Both the position numbers and the translations under genes were made by a program. Shown here piece after piece: positions 9,784-21,167 of a DNA stretch of 64,000 nucleotides. Position 1 is the stretch's first letter, and each line of letters starts with the position of its first letter. The DNA is from a bacterium (lineage in GTDB: Bacteria; UBA8248). The stretch covers positions 704,001 to 768,000 of the forward strand of contig CBDBBI010000010.1 in NCBI GenBank assembly GCA_965202625.1, in the 5' to 3' direction. A model generated the notes under the pieces. It saw only the letters and a program-made list of their open reading frames with translations, had not been told where the DNA came from and made no database searches.

Positions 9784-10253
9784 AACGGCAGCCTTTTATG
9801 AAAAAATCCACATTTTCATGTCCCGCATCCACCAAAAAACGCGCGCGAGCACGACGAAAGTAGCAGATAAACAACAGGAACGTCGTGCTGTGAAAATTTC
9901 GACAAGGAGTTTCCGAGCTGGTGGTATATGGCAGGCGATTATGCGCGGATCAGGCTTTTCCGGCCCGGAACAGGCGCTGAGGGCAGGGAGATGCAAAAAT
10001 CTTCTCCAAACCCTTTATGTGTATGATACGCAGTCATCACCCCATTACCCTGCGAAGACAGCGTTTATAGACGTGGAGGCGGAGCAAAACTTTTCTACAG
10101 GCATCGGAGGGACGCCGATGAAATCACCACCATCGTCTCTTCAGATACAAAGATTGCGAAACTGCATGAACTTCGTCGTGGGGTTGGAGGGGACACCCAA
10201 AAGCGCGCGGGCCACATCTGCTCGTATGAGGCATGGAACCTTTCAAGGACGTC

Positions 10254-10613
10254 CTACATCTCATCCAATCTCTTGTCGACCACTCGGGGGCCTTGATAGC
10301 CCGGAAAATTCTCGACATAGGGGCAATCTTCCGGCAGTCCCCCCATCTCGATGATCTCCGCCCCGATAGGCATGCACATCGGCTCTCTCTCAAACCGCTC
10401 GGTATATACGCGGCAGCGATTCATTTTCACGTCAAGATAAGAGCACGCGCTCCTCAGTAAAAGGAGCCTGTCCCCCTCCCATACCTTGTCATAACAACAC
10501 TTCCCGCACCCGGTGCAAAGCGCTTCCCAATCAGGGGTCCCGACGGAAGGCAGGTTTTCATCCATCCATTCTTGAATTTCGTCCAAGCGGCGTTCTTTCT
10601 GGGTTTTATACAT
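10254..10613 (-). CDS. YcgN/YkgJ-family cysteine-cluster protein
   Basis: WEALCTGCGKCC...AC-YLD...C-VY--RF---P-C...LPEDCPY. Start taken at the ATG at 10613. Confidence 0.8.
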   Translation of the reverse strand: MYKTQKERRLDEIQEWMDENLPSVGTPDWEALCTGCGKCCYDKVWEGDRLLLLRSACSYLDVKMNRCRVYTERFEREPMCMPIGAEIIEMGGLPEDCPYVENFPGYQGPRVVDKRLDEM

Positions 10614-10743
10614 TGGGATGACTTGGATTCCATCCCGTTCATGGGGCTCAAGACCAGATGTCTCCTCCTTGCGTCTCTTCCGGCCACCTTTCATTTTTCT
10701 TGCGCTTGACCGACTTGCAAAACGCGCTTTTCGTCCCATAAAT

Positions 10744-11526
10744 TCAACCATCCTGAAAGTTGGCGGAACGCTTTTCAATGAAGGCCTGAAGTCCCTCCTG
10801 CGAATCCTCCGTACTGTTGACCAAACCAAATTTCTCGGTTTCAAGGGCCAGCCCCTCCTCAAGGCCGGTTTCCAGCCCGCCATGGACGGCTTGGAGAATA
10901 AACTCAATCGCAGGTCGGCTCTTAGAGGCCAGTTTTCGGGCGAGCGCCTTCGCCTCGTTCATCAAGTCATCTGGCTCACACACCCTGTTCACCAAGCCGA
11001 TTCGATAAGCCTCCGAAGCGCTTATCGAATCGCCCGTCATCAACATCTCCAAGGCGCGTCCCTCTCCCACAAGCCGAGGGAGACGTTGGGTGGCACCGTA
11101 GCCGGGAATAATTCCCAGATTGATCTCCGGCTGGCCGAACTGCGCATTCTTGGAAGCCAGACGAATCGAGCACGCCATCGCCACCTCACAGCCACCGCCA
11201 AGGGCGAACCCGTTCACCGCCGCAATCGTCGGTTTCTCAATGGTTTCCAGTGTGCACAGGATTTTTGATCCATGTGCCGACAGATGCCGCGCCTCAATAG
11301 GACTTCGACCCGCCATGCCCTTGATGTCCGCGCCGGCGATAAACGCTTTCTCTCCTGAACCCGTCAATATCAATACTTTCAGATATTTGTCATCTCGAAC
11401 CTTTGATACCACATGAGAGAGCTCATTCACCGCCTCCGCGTTCAAGGCGTTCAACGCCTTCGGGCGATGGAACGTACAGGTGGCGACTCGCCCATCTGTT
11501 TGGTATATCAAATTATTGTAATTCAA
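10744..11526 (-). CDS. Enoyl-CoA hydratase (crotonase)
   Basis: KAFIAGADI, IAAVNGFALGGGCE, FGQPEINLGIIPG-GATQRL. Confidence 0.92.
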   Translation of the reverse strand: MNYNNLIYQTDGRVATCTFHRPKALNALNAEAVNELSHVVSKVRDDKYLKVLILTGSGEKAFIAGADIKGMAGRSPIEARHLSAHGSKILCTLETIEKPTIAAVNGFALGGGCEVAMACSIRLASKNAQFGQPEINLGIIPGYGATQRLPRLVGEGRALEMLMTGDSISASEAYRIGLVNRVCEPDDLMNEAKALARKLASKSRPAIEFILQAVHGGLETGLEEGLALETEKFGLVNSTEDSQEGLQAFIEKRSANFQDG

Positions 11527-11648
11527 CGTCTTATCACCCTATGGAAAAACCATTCTTTTATAGCGAATTTTTTCGATTTTACAGGTTGTCCATCTGCCGC
11601 CAGAGGTGCCCGGGAACTCATCGCGCGCCACGCGCGCTCCGGACGACG

Positions 11649-12839
11649 TTAATCCTCATACGCCTCCACAATTACCGAAAGCCCCATGCCGCCGCCGATG
11701 CACGCTCCCGCCAAGCCATACTTGCCGCCCCGGCGCCTCAGCTCGTGCAGTATCGTGAGGGTGAGACGCGCCCCGCTCGCGCCCACTGGGTGGCCGATGG
11801 CAATTGCACCGCCGTTCACATTCGTCTTTTCACGGTCCAAGCCCAGTTCCTTCTCTACCGCCAGATACTGGGCGGAGAACGCCTCGTTTATCTCGATGAG
11901 GTCCATGTCATCCAGCTGCAGCCCCGCCTTTTCGAGTGCGATGCGGCTGCTCTGCGCCGGCCCGATGCCCATGATCTTCGGATCACACCCCCACACCCCC
12001 CAGGAGACCAGTTGCCCGATGGGCTTGCGGCCCAGACGCTCGGCCGCTGCACGTGAGGAGATCACGAGAGCCGCCGCCCCATCGTTGATGCCGCTGGCGT
12101 TGCCCGCCGTCACCACGCCGTCCTCCTTAAAAACCGGCTTGAGCCTGGCGAGCGCCTCCACATCGGAATTCGGACGGGGATGTTCGTCGCGTTCGAAGAG
12201 AATCGTCTTTTTCCGCTCCCTCACTTCGACGGGAAAACACTCTTCAGCCAATCTTCCGCTCTCCCATGCGTCGTGCGCCCGCGCCTGGCTCAAGGCCGCG
12301 AACTCATCCACCCCCTCTCGATGCAGGTCATATTTCTCCGCCAGATTCTCCGCCGTGATTCCCATCGGCACGTTGGCCTGCGTATCGGTGAGCGCCGCGT
12401 AGAGGGCGTCTTCCATCGGCGCCTGAAACAGCTTGATGCCGGTGCGCGAGTTTCTGATCACGTGCGGCGTCAGGCTCATGTTCTCCGCCCCGACAGTGAG
12501 CACCACCTGAGCGTCTTCGGTCATGATTTCCTTCGCTCCGCTCACGATCGCCTGAAAACCGGAGGCGCACATGCGGTTCACGCAGTAGCCGGGCCTGTCT
12601 TGGGGAACGCCCGCGGCTAGGGCGACGTGCCGACCAATGTACACGCCATCAGAATTCGACTGGATGACGTTGCCCACCACGGTGTGGTCAACATCCTCCG
12701 GCGCGATACCTGAGCGCTTCATCGCCTCCTTCGCCGCTAGGGCGCCCAACTGCGTGGCCGACAAATCTTTCAAGGCACCCAGAAACGCTCCGAAAGGCGT
12801 TCTCGCCCCACCCAGAAAAACAATGTCCTTATCCGACAT
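11649..12839 (-). CDS. Acetyl-CoA C-acyltransferase (thiolase)
   Basis: VNRMCASG, TAGNASGINDGAAA, EINEAF, NGGAIAIGHPVGASG, ACIGGGMG. Confidence 0.93.
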   Translation of the reverse strand: MSDKDIVFLGGARTPFGAFLGALKDLSATQLGALAAKEAMKRSGIAPEDVDHTVVGNVIQSNSDGVYIGRHVALAAGVPQDRPGYCVNRMCASGFQAIVSGAKEIMTEDAQVVLTVGAENMSLTPHVIRNSRTGIKLFQAPMEDALYAALTDTQANVPMGITAENLAEKYDLHREGVDEFAALSQARAHDAWESGRLAEECFPVEVRERKKTILFERDEHPRPNSDVEALARLKPVFKEDGVVTAGNASGINDGAAALVISSRAAAERLGRKPIGQLVSWGVWGCDPKIMGIGPAQSSRIALEKAGLQLDDMDLIEINEAFSAQYLAVEKELGLDREKTNVNGGAIAIGHPVGASGARLTLTILHELRRRGGKYGLAGACIGGGMGLSVIVEAYED

Positions 12840-13062
12840 TTCCCCAATTCCTCCCGCCTCGGCCAAAAGGAAACTTACGTTTCACCCGCTCTCCCCACGC
12901 CTTCCAACATAACGCCAAGAGAAAGCCAAGCGCAAGAGGTCTCATCTTGCGAGAACCCGAGACGGGAGCCTTTCTCAAGCGCACATGCGCGCCGGCGATT
13001 GACGAACAGATACGCTCCACCCAAAAAGAAGCAAGAAAACTCCGCTTTTCACATAAAATCTT

Positions 13063-14232
13063 TTATTTTGATTCAGGTTTTGGAATTCTATGCGAAGCGC
13101 CTCGAATGGCTTGCAAAAGGTCACGGGCACATTCGACTTCATACTGATCAAATGCGGAGATATTCGTATATTTCATATGCAACTGTCCTTCTCCAACATT
13201 ACCGCGATGCTGTTTATCGGTAAAAAATCAATTTTTCCTTACTTTTAGAAGAAAGAACCCAATACCTGATTTTGTAGCACCAAACGGCTACCCAAACGAA
13301 AACATCGCAACAACTCAGCTTCACCTGCTGGAAATGCATAAGAAAAGGCTTTCGCATACGGCTGGAAAGCACTCTTTCCACTAACGAACCTTCCGTCGAG
13401 GAATCGACAGTCCTTGACGCTTTCACTTCAACCTTAAACTTCCCATCAAGGTAAAAGTCATATTCTCCTGCGTAAGACGGGGTGTCTTTCCTGGATGGTT
13501 TCTTGAGTTCAGGCACCAGTTCCTTTGTTTCGCCGACGCAATGAGAGTGGAGCCTGAGTGCAAAAAAATCCGCAACAACATCGTTTTTCGCGGAACTGGC
13601 GAGAATGAGTCTCTCAATACATTTCAAAGGCTTCTGTTCGTAACAACCACCCACATTTTCTTTCATACGATAAAAAACTTGCTGAACATCTACCCAAACG
13701 TTGCCAGAACGAATGTTCTCGGACTTACTTCGCTCCAAATTTTCGGTTTTTTCCCCGTTTACCTCTTTGTAGTATCCACGAAGAATTTTGGGAATGTCCG
13801 TATATTGAACATTGAATTTCGGTTTTCGCTTTACATACATAATAAAGGGACTCCTGTATTACCGCCATCCAGTTATACTGGGTCCCGTAGCCTTGTTGAT
13901 CCCGCATCGTGATGAAAGAGCGGCTCTTCAAGGAATCAAAATCACGCATCATGATCATAAATTCTGGAATTTTCCGTAAGCGTCTTTTCCGTCACGGCTA
14001 CCCACCGCCTGCACCAATCAATAAATTCCTCAGTTGATCGCTTCTCAAACGCAACGAGACTATTAGGGTGGGGCCTGAATCGACAAGTTGGCTTTCTCAC
14101 GCACCATGAGAAGATAAATTTCCTCTGGAGAGGCCGCGTCAAGGCATCCGATGCGAGACGGCAAAGCGGAAACAGTTCCCCCCGGACTCTTGAATTTTTG
14201 TCCAACCGCCCTATGATCTGATTTTTCGTCAT
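13063..14232 (-). pseudogene. Decayed restriction-modification locus: N4/N6 DNA methyltransferase fragments joined to a PD-(D/E)XK endonuclease fragment
   Basis: Pieces in different frames: IGCLDAA...IQAPP* (DPPY position), SFITMRDQQGYGTQ, GNVW...QKPLKCIERLILASS--NDVVADFF/HSGST, then EYDF...VEVKASR and HRGNVGEGQLH. The region is AT-rich. Confidence 0.7.
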
Positions 14233-14296
14233 TTCCCTGCCTCGACAAATCTCCGGACTGAGAAAAACGCCATGTTCACTATTTTGATTATCTTCC

Positions 14297-15355
14297 TCAC
14301 GTCCACGAGAGCGGGGTATCCACGTCTCCCTTGAACCTTCGCGCGGCGTCTCTGGCGAAGTAGGTGAGAATAACATCCGCTCCCGCGCGCTTGATGGAGG
14401 TCAGCATTTCCATGAACGCACGCTCGGGGTCGAGCCATCCGTTGCGGCTCGCCGCCGCCAGCATAGCGAACTCCCCCGATACGTTGTAGGCGGCGACGGG
14501 CAGGTCCGACAGAGCCCGCGCCTTGGCGATGACGTCGAGATAAAGGAGCGCGGGCTTCACCATAACGATGTCCGCCCCCTCCTCGACGTCAAAACGCATC
14601 TCGCGCATAGCCTCGCGCGCGTTGGCCGGGTCCATCTGATAGGAGGCCCTGTCGCCAAAGGCGGGCGCACTCTGCGCCGCCTCCCTGAAAGGGCCGTAAT
14701 AGGCACTCGAGAATTTCGCCGAATAGGCCATGATGGGGATATGGGTGAACCCTTCCGCGTCGAGAACCGAGCGAATCGAGCCCACGTGCCCGTCCATCAT
14801 GTCTGATGGGGCGATGGCGTCGGCACCCGCCTTCGCGTGGCTCACCGCGGTTTTATTGAGGAGGGCTAGGGTCGGGTCGTTCAATATCCTCTCGCCCCTG
14901 ACGAAGCCGCAATGGCCGTGGTCCGTATATTCGCAAAGACAGACGTCCGTGATGACGCACAGCCCAGGGTGCGCTTCCTTGAGGGTGCGCACGGCGTTCT
15001 GGACAACCGCGTCCTCAGCGTAGGCGTGGCTGGCGAACGCATCCTTGTGTTCAGGAATCCCGAACAGGATGACGCCCGGTATGCCAAGGGCGACGATTTC
15101 CGCGCAGTCCGCCACCAGTTGATCGACGGAGAGTTGGTATTGTCCGGGCATTGAGGAGATCTCCCGCCGCACGTTCTCTCCCTCGACCACGAACATCGGG
15201 TAGATGAGATCGTCCACCGAGAGGCGCGCCTCCCGCACCATGCGCCTCATGGCGGGCGTCTCGCGCGTGCGTCGCGCCCGATTTTTCACGTTGCTCACAG
15301 AAAGGGGGGGGGCGGGAACCTCCCCGGGGAGGGAAACGTCAACGTCTCGGGTCAA
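14297..15355 (-). CDS. hemB: Porphobilinogen synthase (start uncertain)
   Basis: Zn motif [51 protein letters not shown]. Confidence 0.95.
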   Translation of the reverse strand: MTRDVDVSLPGEVPAPPLSVSNVKNRARRTRETPAMRRMVREARLSVDDLIYPMFVVEGENVRREISSMPGQYQLSVDQLVADCAEIVALGIPGVILFGIPEHKDAFASHAYAEDAVVQNAVRTLKEAHPGLCVITDVCLCEYTDHGHCGFVRGERILNDPTLALLNKTAVSHAKAGADAIAPSDMMDGHVGSIRSVLDAEGFTHIPIMAYSAKFSSAYYGPFREAAQSAPAFGDRASYQMDPANAREAMREMRFDVEEGADIVMVKPALLYLDVIAKARALSDLPVAAYNVSGEFAMLAAASRNGWLDPERAFMEMLTSIKRAGADVILTYFARDAARRFKGDVDTPLSWT

Positions 15356-16227
15356 TTTTGATGTCCTTCTCTTTGAAGTGACGATGGGCGGAGAACCTCC
15401 TGTTCCGCTCCCGATTTCCGGTAAAAAGAGACGATGGCCCGCGCCATGCCCGAAATCGTCGATTCAGCAGCCTCGAGGTCCGGCTCAATTCCCCATTCGC
15501 GCGCCGTGCGGGTGGTCGCCGGGCCAATAGAGGCCACCTTTGTGTGCTCTATCCACATTTTCGCCCTCCCCTCGCCCGCCGCCCGCACAAAACCCGTAAG
15601 CGCAGAGGAGCTAGTGAAGGTCAGCATATCCATTTTTCCGACCTCCAGCTCTCCCCACACCTCTCGCAGCGCCTCGCGCCCCAGAGGCGTCGTCTGGTAG
15701 GCCGCCACGTCATCCACGACAGCCCCCAGTTCAAGCAGCATCCGGGGGATGGCGTCCCGCCCTTCCTTCGCCCTGGGCAGCAAAACGCGCGCGCGCGCCA
15801 CTTTCTCAGCCGCAAGCAGTGCAACGACGCCCTCAGCCGCATACTCTTTGGCTACCCTGTCGGGCGTTCTTCCCAAATACTTCTTCACAGAGGACGCCGT
15901 GGCCGGTCCGATGGCCAAAAGCGACGCCTTCTCCGGAATAACTTCAGGGCCAATCCCCAGCTTCTCGAGCCTTAGCGAGAGATATCTTGGTCCGTTCGCG
16001 CTTGTGAAAATTATCCACGCATAGCCCTCAAGCGCGTGGATGGTCGCGTCTAGCGGCCCCCAGTCATCCGGCTCTCCAATTTGGATGATCGGTGCGGCGC
16101 GGACGCACGCTCCCAGGTCAGCAAGCATCTCACCCATGCGCGAAGCACCCTCTTTGGGGCGCGTGATGAGAATTCGCCTGCCCAAAAGCGGACGCGCGGC
16201 TAAATCCTCGCCTTTTCCATCATTCAT
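15352..16227 (-). CDS. hemD: Uroporphyrinogen-III synthase
   Basis: [39 protein letters not shown] overlaps the hemC stop (ATGA). Confidence 0.88.
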   Translation of the reverse strand: MNDGKGEDLAARPLLGRRILITRPKEGASRMGEMLADLGACVRAAPIIQIGEPDDWGPLDATIHALEGYAWIIFTSANGPRYLSLRLEKLGIGPEVIPEKASLLAIGPATASSVKKYLGRTPDRVAKEYAAEGVVALLAAEKVARARVLLPRAKEGRDAIPRMLLELGAVVDDVAAYQTTPLGREALREVWGELEVGKMDMLTFTSSSALTGFVRAAGEGRAKMWIEHTKVASIGPATTRTAREWGIEPDLEAAESTISGMARAIVSFYRKSGAEQEVLRPSSLQREGHQN

Positions 16228-17144
16228 CGCACGTCTCTCAATATCTCCGCCCCACCGTGATACAAAATCTCCTCGGCCAGCTCTTCTCCCAGCCGCATGG
16301 CGCCGGCGGGTGCTCCCACTCTTTCCTTCTCCACCATCCGTTTCCCATCGAGACTCACGAGACGGGCGCGGACGCACAACGCGCCCTTGCGCATTTCCGC
16401 CAGAACAGCCAGGGGCAGCTGGCACCCGCCCTCCAGACGCGCCATAACTACGCGCTCCACCAAAACGGCGTGTTTCGTCGCGGAATGTTCCAGCCCCCGA
16501 AGGAGGCGGCGAGCGCTCTCGTCCGCTTCTCTTATTTGGACCGCAAGCGCGCCTTGGCCCACGGCGGGGAGCATGAGTTCAGGTGCGAGGACTTCCGTCG
16601 CCCGCTCTCCCCATCCCAGACGATTCAAGCCGGCGAGGGCCAGAATGGCGCAATCTACCTCTCCCGACGCCACTTTGGCGAGGCGCGTATCCACGTTTCC
16701 GCGCACCTCCACAATTTCAAGATCGCTCCGAAACCGCCTGAGCTGCGCGATTCTCCGCAAGCTGCCCGTGCCAACCATGCTGCCCGGCGCCAAGCTCCGA
16801 ATGGACGCCCCGCCTCTCGACACCAAGGCGTCCCAGGGCTCCTCCCTGCGGGGTATCGCGCCCAGAATGAGCCCCTCGGGCAATTCGCTCGGTAGATCCT
16901 TCAAACTATGGACGGCGGCGTCAATTTCGCCGCGCAGTAGAGCGTCCTCGATTTCTTTGACGAAAAGACCTTGCCCGCCCAGCTCGCGAATCGGGCGGGT
17001 GGACATCTCGTCTCCCCTTGTGCGGACGACGATTTCCTCTACATTGAGGTCCGAATGCAGGTTTCGCAGCTGGGCGGCTACCTGTGCTGTCTGCGCGCGC
17101 GCCAGCGCGCTGCCTCGCGTCCCGATACGCAACGAGTCACCCAT
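16224..17144 (-). CDS. hemC: Hydroxymethylbilane synthase
   Basis: IGTRGSALA, GLFVKEIE, AVHSLKDLP, RGNVDTRL, LPAVGQG, LEGGCQLP. Confidence 0.96.
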   Translation of the reverse strand: MGDSLRIGTRGSALARAQTAQVAAQLRNLHSDLNVEEIVVRTRGDEMSTRPIRELGGQGLFVKEIEDALLRGEIDAAVHSLKDLPSELPEGLILGAIPRREEPWDALVSRGGASIRSLAPGSMVGTGSLRRIAQLRRFRSDLEIVEVRGNVDTRLAKVASGEVDCAILALAGLNRLGWGERATEVLAPELMLPAVGQGALAVQIREADESARRLLRGLEHSATKHAVLVERVVMARLEGGCQLPLAVLAEMRKGALCVRARLVSLDGKRMVEKERVGAPAGAMRLGEELAEEILYHGGAEILRDVR

Positions 17145-17147
17145 GCC

Positions 17148-18458
17148 CTAAGCCGATTCATCCGCCGGCGCGTCGGACGAACGCTCCTGGCTCTCGGTCT
17201 CCACACCAAAGAGTTTGCGCACCGATTCCAGCTGAATGCCCTCCGTCTCCTCCTCGCTCATTCGGCGGAGGGCGGCGAAGGGATGATGGAGGAGCTTGCT
17301 GACGAGCGCCTTCGTCATGGCGTCCAGCGCCCCGCGACCGCTCTCGCCGAGTTCGGGCAAGCGCCGAATGGTTCTCTCCATCTCACTTTGGCGCATCGAC
17401 TCGGCGAGGGAGCGTATGGCCGCGAAGGTGTCTCGAAGCTCCTCCGCTCGCTTGCGCGCGAGGTGGGTGCGCAACTCGCTTTCGAGTATGGCGCGCGCGC
17501 CGCGCGCCACCTCCTCTCGACCTCTCAGGTTATCCGCCACGACGGACTGCAAATCGTCCACATCGTAGAGATAGGCGTCCTCCAGGTCGTTCACGTCGGG
17601 CGCGACGTTTCTCGGCACGGAAATGTCGATGAGAAAAACGGGGGCGCCGCGGCGACGCTCCAAGGCGGCGGCCACGGTCGCTTTGTCAAGAATGAACTCC
17701 GGAGCAGACGTTGAGGCGATGACGACGTCGGCGTCGATGAGCGCCTCTCGCAGATCCTCGAAACCCATCGCGTGGCCCTTGAGTCTTGAGGCCAGCGTCT
17801 GTGCGCGTGCGCGCGTCCTGTTCGCCACATGGAGGGCGCCAATCCCACTCGCCTTCAGATGTCTCGCCGCCGCCTCGCCCATCTCACCCGCGCCCAGCAG
17901 GAGCACTTTCTTGTCTGTGAGAGAGCCGAAAATCCTTTTGGCCAGGTCCACAGCGACGGAGCTTACCGACACCGGCGTTTCGCCTATCGGGGTTTGTTCG
18001 CGAATCTTCTTCGCCACCCGAAACGCGCGGGAGAAGAGATCGGCAAGTGCCTTTCCGGCATGGCCGGAAGCGTGGGCAACCCGGTAGGCCGCCTTGACCT
18101 GGCCCAGAATCTGCGGCTCGCCCACCACCATGGAGTCGAGGCTCGAAGCCACGGCGAACAGATGGCGCGTGGCCTCCACCTCTCCGTGAACGTAGAGGTG
18201 CGCGCGCAGCTCCTCGGGGGCGACGTCCCGCGATTCGAGGAGAAAGCGATGAATTGCGTCGATGCCCTGATCGAAATCCTCCGCTGCGCTATAGACTTCC
18301 ACCCGATTACACGTGGACAGGATGAGGCGCTCCTCCAATCCGCGATAGCCAGCCAGATGATCGAGCCACTCGCCCATGCGCCCCTCCGGAAAATAGAGGC
18401 GTTCGCGAACGCTGAGCGGCGTGTTGCGATGGCTCACGCCGGCGAGAATGATGTGCAT
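17148..18458 (-). CDS. hemA: Glutamyl-tRNA reductase
   Basis: LSTCNRVE, SLDSMVVGEPQILGQVK, GAGEMG, DISVPRNV. Confidence 0.96.
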   Translation of the reverse strand: MHIILAGVSHRNTPLSVRERLYFPEGRMGEWLDHLAGYRGLEERLILSTCNRVEVYSAAEDFDQGIDAIHRFLLESRDVAPEELRAHLYVHGEVEATRHLFAVASSLDSMVVGEPQILGQVKAAYRVAHASGHAGKALADLFSRAFRVAKKIREQTPIGETPVSVSSVAVDLAKRIFGSLTDKKVLLLGAGEMGEAAARHLKASGIGALHVANRTRARAQTLASRLKGHAMGFEDLREALIDADVVIASTSAPEFILDKATVAAALERRRGAPVFLIDISVPRNVAPDVNDLEDAYLYDVDDLQSVVADNLRGREEVARGARAILESELRTHLARKRAEELRDTFAAIRSLAESMRQSEMERTIRRLPELGESGRGALDAMTKALVSKLLHHPFAALRRMSEEETEGIQLESVRKLFGVETESQERSSDAPADESA

Positions 18459-18470
18459 CTGCGCCGCTCC

Positions 18471-19238
18471 CTAGAAATGCGCGACCAGCGCGAGAAGCGC
18501 GGCGGCGAAGGTCAGCATCGAGAAAACGGCGGAGCGCTTTCCCTTCCAACTCCTCGTGAGCCGGCAAACGAGCAGGAGGCCATACGCGCCCCAAATCAGG
18601 AGCAGAGGCCAGGTGCGCACCGGATCGAGGCTCCAGTAGGCGCCGTGGCGCGACTTGGCCCACATCGATCCGAGCAACAGACTCGCCGTCAGGAACGCGA
18701 AGCCGAAATAGAGTATCTTGTGGTTGAGGTCGTCCAAGACGTCGAGCGAGGGCAGGCGATGCAGCCAGGCGCTCGGTCTTCTGGATTTGAGCTGCTGCGA
18801 TTGGACGAGATACATCAGCGCTGAGGCGGAGAGGAGAAAAAACGCGGCGGAACTCAAAAGCGCCAACACCGCGTGGCCCTTGAGCATATAGCCCTGCACG
18901 ACCAGAGAACCCGCTCCCCACGCGCCGGGAAAGGCGGATGCGTATCCCTCAAGGACGAACGCCGCTGGCACGGCGAAGCCGCCGAGGGCGATGTCGCGGT
19001 AACGCGCATAAACGATGAGATACATCAGCACAATCACCCACGCCATGCCGCTCAGCCACGGCCCCCAACCCTGGGGCGCGGCAGTGGAGAAACCCATCCC
19101 CAGCATCAAGGTGTGAAGGGAAAAACCCAGAAGCAGCGCTCCCATGCCGTAGATGATGCCGGACAACCTGCCCGTGAAGAGCAGATACAAGTGCGTGAGA
19201 GCGGCGATGAGATAGCAGGCGATCAAAATGGCGACCAC
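18471..19238 (-). CDS. CcsA/HemX-like cytochrome c assembly-family membrane protein
   Basis: Multiple TM helices, conserved His (KGHAVL), RLPSLDVLDDL, LLGSMWA...YWSLDP. Heads the hem operon; GTG start with purine-rich RBS. Confidence 0.8.
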   Translation of the reverse strand: MVAILIACYLIAALTHLYLLFTGRLSGIIYGMGALLLGFSLHTLMLGMGFSTAAPQGWGPWLSGMAWVIVLMYLIVYARYRDIALGGFAVPAAFVLEGYASAFPGAWGAGSLVVQGYMLKGHAVLALLSSAAFFLLSASALMYLVQSQQLKSRRPSAWLHRLPSLDVLDDLNHKILYFGFAFLTASLLLGSMWAKSRHGAYWSLDPVRTWPLLLIWGAYGLLLVCRLTRSWKGKRSAVFSMLTFAAALLALVAHF

Positions 19239-19510
19239 GGGACTTCTTCTCTCCCTCTCGGCACAAGAGAACAAACTGCGTGATTCGGAGAACGGGAAAT
19301 ATCGCCCCCGCTCTCCGAAGAAACAGGCAGAATTATTTAGAGCACCATTTCGGGCATTTTGCAATAATCCCGCATTCACGCCGCCTTCCACACAGGTGGA
19401 TTTATACATTTCCCTCCCTGGCCCCTGGTTGGCACGGACATCCCATCCAAACTATACTCCTCGCGCGTATCCGCCTTCACTGCTCAGCATCGGGAGGGGA
19501 GAGAAGCCTT

Positions 19511-20446
19511 GTGATAACGCTTCCCGAAATCGATCCGCCTCTGCTCAACGCCAGCGGCATTCTGAGCTATCCGGAAGTTTTCGCCGCCTTCGAGAATGCG
19601 GGCGCGCGCCTCGGCGGCTACGTCACGAAGTCGATCGGCCCCCGGGAGAAGCCGGGCAACGAGAATCCGGTGCTCGTCCACCCGTCGGGAGGTCCCGTTC
19701 TCAACTCCCTCGCCCTGCCGACGCAAAGCGCCGAGGACTGGGAGCGCGACCTTGAAGAAATACACCTGAAGAAAGCCAAACTCATCGTCTCCATCTACGG
19801 CGGAACACCCGATGAGTTCGCGCGCGTCGCCTCCCGCATGTCGAGATTCAGCGACGCCATTGAGGTGAACCTCGGATGTCCGAACAAAGAACCGGGCGAG
19901 CGCGCCATCATGGAGAGTATCGGCCAGAGTCCTGTCTTCTCGCGTGAGGTCATCAAGCACGTGCGCGGCGAGACGGACAAGCCCGTTATCGCGAAGCTCT
20001 CTCCCAACAGCGACTACATATCCGTGGCGGATTCATGTCTGGGCGCAGGGGCGGACGCTCTCGGCTGCGGAAACACTCTCGGTCCGGGGTTGGCCGTGGA
20101 CATCACGAGCCAAACGGCGATTCTCGCAGGCGTCACAGGCGGCATCAGCGGACCCGCGCTCAAACCCGTCAACCTACGCATGACCTATGAGGCATACGCG
20201 CGTTTTGAATGCCCTATCGTCGCATACGGCGGCATCGAAACCTGGGAGGATGGCGTCGAGTATATCCTGGCGGGGGCCTGCGTCCTTGGAATCGGCACCG
20301 CATTCATGCGAAAGAGCACGGAAGAGGCCGCCGCGCTCACCCACGATATCTGGGAGGGAGTGCAAAGGCACCTTGCCGACAGACCGATGTCCGCGCTCAT
20401 CGGCGGCGCGCACTGCGGCACCGCAGGAGATCGCTCTCATGCGTAG
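19511..20446 (+). CDS. pyrD: Dihydroorotate dehydrogenase, family 1 catalytic subunit
   Basis: LLNASG, VTKSI, EVNLGCPN, IAKLSPN, GNT, GGISGPALKP, GGI. Confidence 0.88.
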   Translation: MITLPEIDPPLLNASGILSYPEVFAAFENAGARLGGYVTKSIGPREKPGNENPVLVHPSGGPVLNSLALPTQSAEDWERDLEEIHLKKAKLIVSIYGGTPDEFARVASRMSRFSDAIEVNLGCPNKEPGERAIMESIGQSPVFSREVIKHVRGETDKPVIAKLSPNSDYISVADSCLGAGADALGCGNTLGPGLAVDITSQTAILAGVTGGISGPALKPVNLRMTYEAYARFECPIVAYGGIETWEDGVEYILAGACVLGIGTAFMRKSTEEAAALTHDIWEGVQRHLADRPMSALIGGAHCGTAGDRSHA

Positions 20447-21167
20447 CCTCTTTCGGGTCGTGGAAAATCGCCGAGAAAGCGCGTGGACGCAGACGATTTT
20501 CTTCGATCAGGAGGTCTCGTCTAGGCCAGGGCAATTCATGATGGTCTGGCTGCCTCGCCTCGGAGAGAAGCCGTTTACGCTCTCCTACCCAAACGCCATC
20601 ACCGTGAAAAAGGCCGGCGCGTTCACCCGAAAGCTGGCCGCTCTCCAGGCTGGCGAGAACATAGGACTTCGAGGCCCTCTGGGCCAGGGATATCCACCCC
20701 TCGAAAAGCCCGTGTTGATCGGCGGCGGGGTGGGGATCGCCGAACTCAGACTACTCGCCCTCGTCTCGGAGGAGCCTTCTTTCGTCCTGGGCGGCGCAAC
20801 GGCGGACGAGATTTTATTCTATAAGGAATTCCAGGAGTTGGGGCCTATCCGCGTCGCCACTGAAGACGGCACTCTCGGGAAGAAAGGCCTAGTCACCGAC
20901 TTGCTGCCGGTCGAAGCGAGGAGCTACGCCCTCTGCGGGCCGGAGCGCATGATGGCTGCGTGCCTGCCTATGCTTCCAATGGAGCGGACATACCTCGCCC
21001 TTGAGCGATACATGAAATGCGCCGTGGGTCTATGCGGCCAATGCACCTGCTCCGGCTGGCGCGTATGCACAGACGGTCCCGTATTCTCGGCTTCAAGCGT
21101 CGCGCGGATGGCGGATTTTGGAAAGCGCAGACGCTCGAAGAGCGGAACTTGGGAGAAGGTTTCATAG
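20439..21167 (+). CDS. pyrK: Dihydroorotate dehydrogenase electron-transfer subunit
   Basis: PGQFMMVW, RGPLGQGY, GGGVGIA, ATEDGT, CGP--MM, 2Fe-2S motif MKCAVGLCGQC...VCTDGPVF. Confidence 0.88.
   Translation: MRSLFRVVENRRESAWTQTIFFDQEVSSRPGQFMMVWLPRLGEKPFTLSYPNAITVKKAGAFTRKLAALQAGENIGLRGPLGQGYPPLEKPVLIGGGVGIAELRLLALVSEEPSFVLGGATADEILFYKEFQELGPIRVATEDGTLGKKGLVTDLLPVEARSYALCGPERMMAACLPMLPMERTYLALERYMKCAVGLCGQCTCSGWRVCTDGPVFSASSVARMADFGKRRRSKSGTWEKVS

Noticed and set aside
19429-19446. TTGGCACG as a sigma54 -24 element
   Set aside because: No TTGC at the -12 position.
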